64,000 nucleotides of DNA from the IMG/VR virus record IMGVR_UViG_3300032087_002150, positions 32,001-96,000 of that record; one strand, given 5' to 3'. The DNA is from a virus. The notes under the pieces are model-generated. The model saw only the letters and a list, made by a program, of their open reading frames with translations, was not told the origin of the DNA and ran no database searches. Shown here in pieces: positions 9,398 through 17,821 of this stretch (within the stretch, counting starts at the first letter, position 1; each line of letters begins with the position of its first letter). The position numbers and the translations under genes were made by a program.

Positions 9398-10243
9398 GGA
9401 ATACAGCAGAATCTCCCTCGCCTTTTTCGCTTCATAACCTTCTTCAGTTTTCTTTCTCCTGCCAGCAGTGTAGGTTACAGGAAAATATTTGTACGACAAC
9501 TTTCCGCATTTGTCTTCAAACCAGTTGTCGTCAGCACGATTACTGTGATATGTGATCGGTTTATCTTGACAGAAATCAATCAGTTCTAGGCATTGGTCAT
9601 CAGTAAACGCATTACCATAATCAGCAATGCTGTTTCGATAAGGCGGATCGAAGAAAAAATAACAACCTTCACTTGCTTTTTCGGCACATTGTTTCCAGTC
9701 AACGGACGAGAACTCGGCAATCTTTAGTGCATCATGCCACCAAGATAGATCTCCTCTGTTATAGATTGAGTCTGTTTGATTTAATAAACCACTAGGTGTG
9801 CCATAACGACCATTGGTGTTTTTGTTGATCTGGAAGATACCGTTAAACCCAGTCTTCATAAGAAAATACAAAGTCGCTGATTCTTCAACATCATTCCACT
9901 TCTCGTAATCCCAAGCATGCTCCTCTCGTACATCGTAATAAAACTTCTTACGATCTTCTTTGTCCAGTGGAAGATACTTTGCTTCCAGCGAATCTAAACG
10001 GAAAGTGAACTCAGACAAGTTGTCTCTGATTGATGTGTAGATCCTAACGATATCTGGATTGATATCATTCAAAAATGCTTTTTTGATTGGATAGTTTGAC
10101 ATAGCATGTATGAACATTGCACCACCACCAAAAAATGGTTCGCAATATTCAGTCGGAGGATCAATACGAGAAGGAAGGAGAGGCAGATAATGCCTCAACA
10201 TTTTGTTCTTACCACCTGCCCATATAAACAACGGTTTAGGCAC
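9395..10243 (-). CDS. Dam-family N6-adenine DNA methyltransferase
   Basis: WAGGK, EPFFGGG and DPPY motifs. Confidence 0.9.
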   Translation of the reverse strand: MPKPLFIWAGGKNKMLRHYLPLLPSRIDPPTEYCEPFFGGGAMFIHAMSNYPIKKAFLNDINPDIVRIYTSIRDNLSEFTFRLDSLEAKYLPLDKEDRKKFYYDVREEHAWDYEKWNDVEESATLYFLMKTGFNGIFQINKNTNGRYGTPSGLLNQTDSIYNRGDLSWWHDALKIAEFSSVDWKQCAEKASEGCYFFFDPPYRNSIADYGNAFTDDQCLELIDFCQDKPITYHSNRADDNWFEDKCGKLSYKYFPVTYTAGRRKKTEEGYEAKKAREILLYS

Positions 10244-10754
10244 TTACATACTCCAAAACTTCACGCATAATCTTCTCCACCTCTTCATTATTATATCCAT
10301 CTTCGCTGAGATAGCAAGAGTTTTTATTTTCCACAAACTTATTGAATCCATCAAGGTGTGCAACATTAAGCGTTTTTTCTAAGACGTGATCTGGTCGAGC
10401 ACCCTCCCCACTACAGAAAGTCACATAACAAACATCGGGATTGATCAGTCGACAAATGTAATTGTTTTTGAACCATCTTTCTATGGCATTACCGCCAGTC
10501 CCCTGCTTTTTCGCTTCGAAGACAGCAACAACTTTTCCATCTCGCAACCAAACGCCACCGTCAGGTTCACAGGCACCTTTATTACCAGGGATTTGATCTT
10601 TGGTAAGTTTGCGCTGAAGTTGTAGGGCAGGAAACTCTTCCGCGAGTTTATCCTTTAGTGTTTTACATTGTTCGTCTAACTTACGAGCAGCTGCATCAGT
10701 AGCGCACATTCCTTTCTGAATACCGCCACGAAAACCATTTTCCCTTTGACTCAT
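10236..10754 (-). CDS. EcoRI/MunI-like type II restriction endonuclease
   Basis: EPDGG...FEAKKQG...GNAIERWFKN matches EcoRI PDGG/EAKHQG/GNAIER; overlaps the MTase start. Confidence 0.75.
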   Translation of the reverse strand: MSQRENGFRGGIQKGMCATDAAARKLDEQCKTLKDKLAEEFPALQLQRKLTKDQIPGNKGACEPDGGVWLRDGKVVAVFEAKKQGTGGNAIERWFKNNYICRLINPDVCYVTFCSGEGARPDHVLEKTLNVAHLDGFNKFVENKNSCYLSEDGYNNEEVEKIMREVLEYVSA

Positions 10755-10789
10755 ATCACATTAACTCCATAAAACACATTATTATGATC

Positions 10790-10850
10790 ATTATACTCGC
10801 AAGTTAATGGAATAGCAAACAAAAGAAACTATAGTTAAATCAATAACTTA
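10790..10850 (-). promoter_or_regulatory. sigma70 promoter with IHF-like box
   Basis: TTGCTA(10813-18)-17-TATAAT(10790-95); AATCAA-TAAC-TTA at 10838-10850. Confidence 0.75.
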
Positions 10851-10967
10851 CGATTGTTCTTTGCCGATGTCTTTGGTTGCTTCGTATGAATAAACGAGTG
10901 TGACGCCGATTGCTACAGGAGCAATCATCATCACAGCGCCGATTCCAATGATAGGTATTAGTTCCAT
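10848..10967 (-). CDS. Small membrane protein (39 aa)
   Basis: Manual translation MELIPIIGIGAVMMIAPVAIGVTLVYSYEATKDIGKEQS; AAGGA RBS. Confidence 0.5.
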   Translation of the reverse strand: MELIPIIGIGAVMMIAPVAIGVTLVYSYEATKDIGKEQS

Positions 10968-10982
10968 TTACACGGTTCCTTG

Positions 10983-11005
10983 AAAGGGGAGACCGAAGTC
11001 TCCCC
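10983..11005 (-). terminator. Intrinsic terminator with cUUCGg loop
   Basis: GGGGAGAC-TTCG-GTCTCCCC-TTT on minus strand. Confidence 0.75.
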
Positions 11006-11011
11006 GAGTGT

Positions 11012-11206
11012 TTATGCCTTGTTATTTTCTACTTTGCGCTCTTCCACATAGTGCCAGTCACCAGTCTTTGGATCCTGCACGTGGTTCTCTGCTAGTTTGA
11101 TCATAACGATACGAGTATGCCTCGCCTTGACGACGACTTCCTCGATGTCACTTGCAGTTGCGAAAGTAGAAAAGAAACACAAGGCAACGATTGCCAAGTT
11201 TTTCAT
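11012..11206 (-). CDS. Small secreted protein with TonB-box-like motif
   Basis: Signal peptide ...FATA, then SDIEEVVVKAR. Confidence 0.6.
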   Translation of the reverse strand: MKNLAIVALCFFSTFATASDIEEVVVKARHTRIVMIKLAENHVQDPKTGDWHYVEERKVENNKA

Positions 11207-11207
11207 T

Positions 11208-11654
11208 TCAGTCCTCAGTTAAAAGTTGCTTCTTACCCTTGGTTTTACCGATTGGGATAGCGCGAGGCAGCTTCTCTTTTGGGATCTCTACTTTCAGGTC
11301 AATGACCAGTAGTCCATCCACAAAATCCGCTCCGCTTACAACAACGTGTTCTGACAACCTAAATGTTCGTGTAAACTTCTTAGAAGAAATACCACGGTGT
11401 AGATACTCACGTTCTTCGCTTGACTTGTCACCAGCTACAACTAGGATGCCGTCCTTCACTTCAACAGTGAGGTCGTCTTTGCTGTAACCTGCCAAGGCAA
11501 GTTCTACGGTGAAGTTAACATCATCGTGCTTGACTACGTTATGGGGAGGATAGAGTTTGTTGTCTGCCATGTCTGACAGTCTTTCAATCTCATTCCAAAC
11601 GTGATCGAAACCAATGAAGTGTGAACGTGGAAAAGAAAATGCTTTAGATACCAT
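11208..11654 (-). CDS. hsp20: Small heat shock protein Hsp20 (IbpA-like)
   Basis: FIGFD, YPPHNV, ELALAGY, YLHRGIS..FTRTF.L, DGLL.I.L. Confidence 0.95.
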   Translation of the reverse strand: MVSKAFSFPRSHFIGFDHVWNEIERLSDMADNKLYPPHNVVKHDDVNFTVELALAGYSKDDLTVEVKDGILVVAGDKSSEEREYLHRGISSKKFTRTFRLSEHVVVSGADFVDGLLVIDLKVEIPKEKLPRAIPIGKTKGKKQLLTED

Positions 11655-11760
11655 AACGGATCTCCTTATTTAAAAGCAAGATTGTTGTTATACTCTACCA
11701 GACCATTCTGCGTAGAGAACTGATGACCTGTATCCCACAGTATCATCGGTATTATTTATA
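11652..11760 (-). promoter_or_regulatory. Late promoter plus structured hsp20 5' UTR with ROSE-like hairpin
   Basis: TATAAATA at 11753-60; two upstream hairpins; AUCUUGCUU-loop-AAGGAGAU sequesters the SD. Confidence 0.65.
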
Positions 11761-11894
11761 GTATAATATTTCGCTATGAAAGTAAAGTGGAATATTTACT
11801 GATACTATATAATATTGCAGTAATAAAACTGTAATAAAAACGTAATATTTCGCCGTGAGGCGACGGAGCGTCGTGATGACGCAAGGAGAAATCC

Positions 11895-12170
11895 ATGAAA
11901 AAGATAGCACTCATGTTGCTACTAATCCCTGCTATTGCTAACGCAGATGTGATTCCTACTAGAACACTCGAACCAGTTGTTCGAATCGTCGAAGACACAA
12001 TCTATGTCACTGACAAAAAAGGCAACGACTGGGCGATTGTGACTAACTGTCAAATCAATGCTCGAGAGATCAAAGAGTTCACTGTCCGTGGCAAGGTATT
12101 GAGGTCTGGCAGGGTTGTAAAACTCAGCGACCAGAAGCACTGCGAAATCGAGACTATTCAGGCGGCATAA
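11895..12170 (+). CDS. Secreted hypothetical protein, one of very few plus-strand genes
   Basis: AAGGAG RBS, signal peptide ending ANA; divergent from hsp20. Confidence 0.7.
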   Translation: MKKIALMLLLIPAIANADVIPTRTLEPVVRIVEDTIYVTDKKGNDWAIVTNCQINAREIKEFTVRGKVLRSGRVVKLSDQKHCEIETIQAA

Positions 12171-12504
12171 AACTGTTGTTCTGATTGTATCGATCTAACT
12201 TGGGTTCACCGCCATCTGGCATAGTGCAGGTGATGTTTGCTTTCCTGCCTTCAATGTATCTGACTTGGTACACAAACCAACTGAACGGTTCATTGCAGGC
12301 AGGTTCATAACATCGCCCTGCCATAAAGTATCTGTTTTGTCCAGTAAACCCAATCCTGTCATGAGTATTAAGATAGATGCGTTTGGTGGGATACTCGCTC
12401 TTGATCAAATCCCAACAAGTATCTTTCGCGACTTCGTACATATCGTCCTGCGCATGCGCATGGAATGCACATGCAACAAGGATTGTCGCACTAAACTTTT
12501 TCAT
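12154..12504 (-). CDS. Secreted hypothetical protein
   Basis: Signal peptide MKKFSATILVACAFHAHA; Cys residues in the mature part. Confidence 0.55.
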   Translation of the reverse strand: MKKFSATILVACAFHAHAQDDMYEVAKDTCWDLIKSEYPTKRIYLNTHDRIGFTGQNRYFMAGRCYEPACNEPFSWFVYQVRYIEGRKANITCTMPDGGEPKLDRYNQNNSFMPPE

Positions 12505-13087
12505 AACCAAATATTTCAAAGTCTTGAGCGAACCTTTCGTTGATAAGTTTAACTGACTTATCGGTTAAAAAGTTCAATGCTTTTTCCACATCCCAACCTA
12601 TGGTGTAGTTGAAGTCGTAGTCGTAATCTATCATATCAAACCCCAACTTCTTTAAATCTTCTTCTAGGTTTTCTTGGCGGATAATATCAGGTTCAGTCAG
12701 CAACCCTTCATACCAGTAATAACAAGGTCTCCAAGGTTCCCAATATCCTGGGTGATTAACAATCTTGTCTAGGTAACTCGCAAAATCTTGAGCAGGGTTT
12801 CCTTTCTTTTGTTTTTGTTTAACATCGTATGCCCACATAGAACATACTCTAGGATATGGGTGCCTGACAGGCAATATACAAGGGAAATCTAAACCAAGTC
12901 CATAGAACTTTAATGGGCAATGTTTATCCCAGGATGACGATTGTTTTTCTATGTATTCCCTCATCGGGGAAGTTACCATATGAATATCAGGAAAAATATA
13001 TTCGTGCCTACAAGGATCGTGATCTAATATTATCGCCTTTATTGTTGCCCCTGCTGTTTTGGGAGGATGAAGTAAAAGTTTGGTCAC
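12491..13087 (-). CDS. Sulfotransferase family 2 protein
   Basis: HPPKTAGATI, VRHPYPR..S.W and DFEIFGY motifs. Confidence 0.8.
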   Translation of the reverse strand: MTKLLLHPPKTAGATIKAIILDHDPCRHEYIFPDIHMVTSPMREYIEKQSSSWDKHCPLKFYGLGLDFPCILPVRHPYPRVCSMWAYDVKQKQKKGNPAQDFASYLDKIVNHPGYWEPWRPCYYWYEGLLTEPDIIRQENLEEDLKKLGFDMIDYDYDFNYTIGWDVEKALNFLTDKSVKLINERFAQDFEIFGYEKV

Positions 13088-14079
13088 GCGAAGCTCGCAA
13101 TGATATTCTGCTCCAAAGAGAAGTTAGTTCCCAGCATATGTTTCGTTCTGGCATCAGGGTCATTAGACCAAACCAACACTTCGGGATCATCATAAAGGAA
13201 GTCGCAGTTCTTGCAATATTCAATGTCATCAAACCGTTCTTCTTCGTGCGCCTTACGCAACTCATTATACTTTTCGCCCCAGAAGATTTCCTCGAATGTT
13301 TGATCCTCGAAGTGTCCAAGTACAGACTTTGCCTCGTTGGGTGGACCAAGTGTTTGGCAGCAAGGTGTCATCGCGCCAGTCTTGCCGTTGCCTCCTGCGC
13401 GAATAGTAATCTCTGGTCCAAATGGTCGTCCGCAAGTTTTACGAACATCGCCTATCCTAGCATTCCCATTCGGATCATAGTTTCCTGACCAGTTGTGCAT
13501 CTTCCATATGTATGCCTTACATCCAACGTGTTTAATAAAGTTGCCGTTGTACTCACTGATCTCGTACTTTATTTGATTGTTGTCTGTGATGAGGTGATAC
13601 GAACTTACTTCTACAGGTGCCCTAGTGGTAAAAGAGTAATCCATGGTGTCCATTAGATTGGATCTGACTCTGTAAAAGTTATCACAATCCATCCACTTCT
13701 TATATTTTTCTGCATCATAACCAATGACACTGCAACGAATAAAGTCAATTCCCTCATCGACGATACGCTTCATGTAATCGCCGCGAAGGTTGTACCCATT
13801 AGTGTAGATGTAGCACTTGAGTCCTCGCTTCTTTACTTCACGCACGTATTTGTGTAGGTCTTTCGCGAGCGTGGGTTCGCCCGAACCCTCCAGATTGATT
13901 TGAGGAGTCCCGTATTTCGGAACGATTTGGTCAAGGATATTTGTAAATTGTTTGAGCGGCATCTTCCTAGTCCAGTCTTTACCGCGACCAGGATTCGTTT
14001 GTGGGCACATTTGACAGGTGTAGTTGCACCCACCGATTACTTCTAGTACAACCCTTTCTAGGTTTACATCAAACGACAT
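13084..14079 (-). CDS. Radical SAM protein with SPASM/Twitch domain
   Basis: CNYTCQMC, GSGEP, C-terminal C...PCC...CKNC; start reassigned to MSFDVNL. Confidence 0.88.
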   Translation of the reverse strand: MSFDVNLERVVLEVIGGCNYTCQMCPQTNPGRGKDWTRKMPLKQFTNILDQIVPKYGTPQINLEGSGEPTLAKDLHKYVREVKKRGLKCYIYTNGYNLRGDYMKRIVDEGIDFIRCSVIGYDAEKYKKWMDCDNFYRVRSNLMDTMDYSFTTRAPVEVSSYHLITDNNQIKYEISEYNGNFIKHVGCKAYIWKMHNWSGNYDPNGNARIGDVRKTCGRPFGPEITIRAGGNGKTGAMTPCCQTLGPPNEAKSVLGHFEDQTFEEIFWGEKYNELRKAHEEERFDDIEYCKNCDFLYDDPEVLVWSNDPDARTKHMLGTNFSLEQNIIASFA

Positions 14080-14779
14080 TAAATCTGCTCTTTTCAAATG
14101 GCACTGTATTCTTCTCATCATCTGGGTCTTTATAGATGAACCAACCAGTGATGATGTATTTAAACTGCCCCAAGTCAGGGGAAGATCTGTGTGGATGAGT
14201 GTATGCCGCTGGCCAAATAACCAAGTCACCAACACTTGGTTTGATTCTCATGTTTTGATTGGGAAAATCTGTTGTTCCCCCATCGTCAACAGTGTTTAAG
14301 TACAGCATCCATACGCCGAATCTTCTTGAGGTGAAGTAGTCCGGACCTTGCTCAAAATGCATTTGACAAAATCCTCCACCAGGAGGAGTTCTCTGCATTT
14401 TACATTGAATGCGCTCCATGTGTTTCCAACTCCAACCCATCTTGGAACCAGGATCATTCCCTTCCATATGTTTACCCCATACTTCATTATCGTATAGGAT
14501 TAGGCATTGTTGTAGTGCGCTCTTTAGTTCTTCTTCATATCCTTGCAGGGAACCGAACCTTTCCATTAATAGACTGGTGTCTATTCGTTTTTCGTTTTTC
14601 CGAAAAGAAATCCCCATCCACTCACTGTTACCATCGTGATCATCTGGTAAGCAATTTTCGGCGTGTTCTATTTTCTCATTCATCAGTTTCCTGACTTGGT
14701 AGCACCACTGTTCGTCAAAGACTTTTTTAAAGACTCCAACGTTATCAGTCAACATCTGTAATGCGATTTGATTTATCAT
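14069..14779 (-). CDS. 2OG-Fe(II) oxygenase (prolyl-hydroxylase-like)
   Basis: MHFE, YLNTVDDGGTT.F, WPA.YTHPHR, KYIITGW. Confidence 0.85.
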   Translation of the reverse strand: MINQIALQMLTDNVGVFKKVFDEQWCYQVRKLMNEKIEHAENCLPDDHDGNSEWMGISFRKNEKRIDTSLLMERFGSLQGYEEELKSALQQCLILYDNEVWGKHMEGNDPGSKMGWSWKHMERIQCKMQRTPPGGGFCQMHFEQGPDYFTSRRFGVWMLYLNTVDDGGTTDFPNQNMRIKPSVGDLVIWPAAYTHPHRSSPDLGQFKYIITGWFIYKDPDDEKNTVPFEKSRFNVV

Positions 14780-14780
14780 C

Positions 14781-15671
14781 CTACACCTCGAATAGCAAGT
14801 GCTTGGTGTGCCTTGCTAATCTGTAATTGTGATAACTGTGCGCAAGTTCTTGCTCCCTTACAAGAAATCCTTCTTCATATGCACAGTTATGTATAAAGCG
14901 ATAGAACTGTTCCGGAAGTCGAAACACTGGGGCATGAGGATTTGTGACTTGATGTGCTACAGTCATATCAGTTGTAGCAGTGATGAATAGTTTACCGAAG
15001 TTCTTTGCCACTACATGCCACATACCGTCATATCCTATACAAAATGCACATTCGCGAATATGTTCATAGACATCACGGAAGTCATCTCTGTATGTGAGTT
15101 TTACAATCTCGTAATCTGGGAACATGTACCCCAAAGAGTTGTGAAGATCTTGCCAGTGCGCTACACTCAAAGGATGATTTTTATAATCTTTAATCTCTTC
15201 AGCATTTTGATTGGGAGACCAAATACAGATTTTCTTTTCCATAGTTGGCAAATCATCCCAGCGCCACTCTGGACCACAGTATTTATGAAACGGAATACCC
15301 TCCTTCATATCTTCAATGTTGCCGCTCTCTACGATCCAACGTTTCGGTCTATGCTTTCTCCTCAATGCGTTGTCTTCCATCAACAAGTCAACATATGAAA
15401 ACATGTCTGATGCCCACACGTTTTCGTATGAGAACATATCATTCTTCCAGAGTCTTTCATAGACGTGACGATAGCGATCCTCGATGGATTCTGGATCATC
15501 GGGCATTACTTTATAATCGCCAGTGAGTGGATTGCCGTGTCGATCCTTGCCCCAGTGAAGACAAATATGTACATGTCGATTGTAGTGTGCCGCCCATGCC
15601 GCTGCTACATTCAACGCACCAATAATGTCACCTGCGCCTTCGCCGCCTCGTGTATGGATTAGTTCTTCCAT
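14781..15671 (-). CDS. Putative GT-B glycosyltransferase (GT9 heptosyltransferase-like)
   Basis: GAGDIIGAL at the N-terminus; FCIGYDGMWHVVAKNFGK resembles GT9 GxDSGxxHxAxAxG. Confidence 0.55.
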   Translation of the reverse strand: MEELIHTRGGEGAGDIIGALNVAAAWAAHYNRHVHICLHWGKDRHGNPLTGDYKVMPDDPESIEDRYRHVYERLWKNDMFSYENVWASDMFSYVDLLMEDNALRRKHRPKRWIVESGNIEDMKEGIPFHKYCGPEWRWDDLPTMEKKICIWSPNQNAEEIKDYKNHPLSVAHWQDLHNSLGYMFPDYEIVKLTYRDDFRDVYEHIRECAFCIGYDGMWHVVAKNFGKLFITATTDMTVAHQVTNPHAPVFRLPEQFYRFIHNCAYEEGFLVREQELAHSYHNYRLARHTKHLLFEV

Positions 15672-15835
15672 TATCCGAAGTGATCTAACTTTTCAGATTT
15701 TTCTATGAGTTCCTGTAGTACACGAACAGCATCGCGAATCTGCGCTTCTTGATGAGTAATGTTGTCGTCTCGGTTAGTTTGCGGGATGGGACCAAGTTTC
15801 ACACATATATGATAAAGTGCCTCACGTGGCGTCAT
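15671..15835 (-). CDS. Hypothetical protein (54 aa)
   Basis: Manual translation MTPREALYHICVKLGP...; coupled on both sides. Confidence 0.5.
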   Translation of the reverse strand: MTPREALYHICVKLGPIPQTNRDDNITHQEAQIRDAVRVLQELIEKSEKLDHFG

Positions 15836-16176
15836 TTTGTATTACCCTCGCACATGTGTCTCATGTTCTTAACTATATTCCTCAGTTCACCTGCCATATC
15901 AAAGAGAGGTGGTTCATACTGGACTGCTTGATTCGCCCATAGGTGATCAAGCATATCGTCAAATATATCTAGGGTCTTTTCTAAACGCACCCAGTCGGCG
16001 TAGGTTGGGGCATCTTCCATATCAAGAGAGAACTTCGTGTTCTCATAAAATGAAGTGAGATCATCGATGAGTTGTTCCAATCCCAACTTATCGATGATCC
16101 CTTGTACTTCTTCCTCTTTCTTTTGCTTGAAAGATTCTATTGATACAACATTGCTGTCACTATCCACACTGTCCAT
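15832..16176 (-). CDS. Hypothetical protein
   Basis: 114 aa, acidic. Confidence 0.55.
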   Translation of the reverse strand: MDSVDSDSNVVSIESFKQKKEEEVQGIIDKLGLEQLIDDLTSFYENTKFSLDMEDAPTYADWVRLEKTLDIFDDMLDHLWANQAVQYEPPLFDMAGELRNIVKNMRHMCEGNTK

Positions 16177-16477
16177 TGACTTTTTCCAGTACCTTTAGTC
16201 TGCATACATTACTTAGATTGATATGCGTCTTATGCTCATGCTGTATAAACTCGCCTGTGATTGTATCCAGTTGTAGTTCATATCCAACAATGAAACGCAA
16301 TCCATCACCATGATAAAACTCATGCTTCGCAATGTCGTACATGCTTTCCCAGATCTTATAGAGTTTGATTGAACCACCACCAAACTCGATCTCTACATGA
16401 CGATAAGCATCATCATCCTTAGATGAGACTTCATAGGTTTGCACGGTCATGTCCCATAACTTATAATTCGTTTTCAT
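16160..16477 (-). CDS. Hypothetical protein
   Basis: 105 aa; TTGCGT-16-TATAAT upstream. Confidence 0.55.
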   Translation of the reverse strand: MKTNYKLWDMTVQTYEVSSKDDDAYRHVEIEFGGGSIKLYKIWESMYDIAKHEFYHGDGLRFIVGYELQLDTITGEFIQHEHKTHINLSNVCRLKVLEKVNGQCG

Positions 16478-16560
16478 ATATTATATTATACGCGACTTTG
16501 ACAAAGACGCAATACCCTGCGAAAATTTTTTTCTGAACACGTTTTGAAAACTCGCACAGT

Positions 16561-17539
16561 TTCAGGCGAACATGAGTGCCAGTATTCCTAACGCACAAAA
16601 CGTCAGGAACACATACCACACGATTTTAAAAACGAAGGGCACGATAAGATTCAGTGCCCATACCATCACTCCTACGACTGCCAGTAACACCAGTACATAT
16701 GGAGTTGCTATGATGACAGCTGCGAGATCCATTACGAGTTAAGTCTCTTCTCCAATACGGCGATCTCTTTCTGCTGCCGCTCATTTGGTTCTTGCACCTT
16801 CCGCAGTCGCTCCAGTGCACCCTGCCGTCTATTACGGACGTTCTTCTTGTGTACCATCGGTACTCTCCTCTTCATTACATCCATACTCAATGTATGGACA
16901 CTCATTGGTTCGGTTTGGCATTTCAGTCTCGACGTATGTCATCCAGACTGCGAGTAACACCACGAAACCCCACATTACACTCCCTCCGGATTTAACCAGT
17001 GAGACACTTCATGCTGTGCCTCGTCTAGACTGAGATAGCGACACAACTTGCGCATCACTGCCTCCACGCTTTCATGCTCAAGGCACTCTAGTTGGTCCAA
17101 AACCCACTCGCCCATTGTACCACGAGCATACCATTTCACTTCACTCATCACAATCTCCTTGCTTCAATTGAACTCATACTCACACCCGAATAACGACTTG
17201 CGCTACCGAACGTGTTGTAGTATTTCTTTTCGGCACTATACTTTGACATAGCAGTGACCATGATATCAGTTGAAATCCCATCGACAAAGATTAAGTAACG
17301 ATAGAACATCATTCGAAGAACTCTCCTGTCCAAACATCATAGTGATGCCAATCACGTGTATTGACTGCTTTCTGACGCTCTTTACTGATCAATCTTCGTA
17401 GTGCTTGCTCAAACTCTTGCTCTTTACCATTGAGTACAGGAGTCCCATCTCTACGAACGATAATCCAGTGATCAAGAAACATATCAATGTCATCGGGTAA
17501 ACGAGGATCATTGTTTACCTTAATCAACGCATCATGCAT
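16561..17539 (-). other. Run of about six translationally coupled 40-76 aa ORFs
   Basis: MHDALIK, MMFYRY, MSEVKWY, MWGFVVL, MVHKKNV and MDLAAVII (very hydrophobic), with overlapping start/stop codons. Confidence 0.55.
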
Positions 17540-17689
17540 TTTTCTCTCCTAAAATAGATGAGTAGTGAGGTGTCATTATCATATACACCGTTCGAGGGGA
17601 TACAGGTGGTGTCAGTCCCTGCCTCACTACTCGCCCCCATTGAGCAACAACGTCTCGTCACCCATCCTGCGCAGGATACTTTGAAAACT

Positions 17690-17810
17690 GTAGGAGTCCC
17701 GTTGTTCGTTTTGTTCGCGCAGTGAAACATTGGGGGGACCCTAAACCTTGACCCCATTTTGAGTAGGAGTCCCGTGTGACCAATACCCCCCATAGGTTTG
17801 GGGGGGGGGG
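17690..17810. repeat. Direct repeat GTAGGAGTCCCGT x2 plus C6/G11 tracts in non-coding DNA
   Basis: Copies at 17690-17702 and 17763-17775; CCCCCC-ATAGGTTT-G11 ending at 17810. Confidence 0.75.
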
Positions 17811-17821
17811 TCATACTATGA

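Noticed and set aside
17560-17632. HDV-like or hammerhead ribozyme in the structured leader
   Set aside because: P3/P1.1 pairings and the CUGANGA/GAAA core are not satisfied
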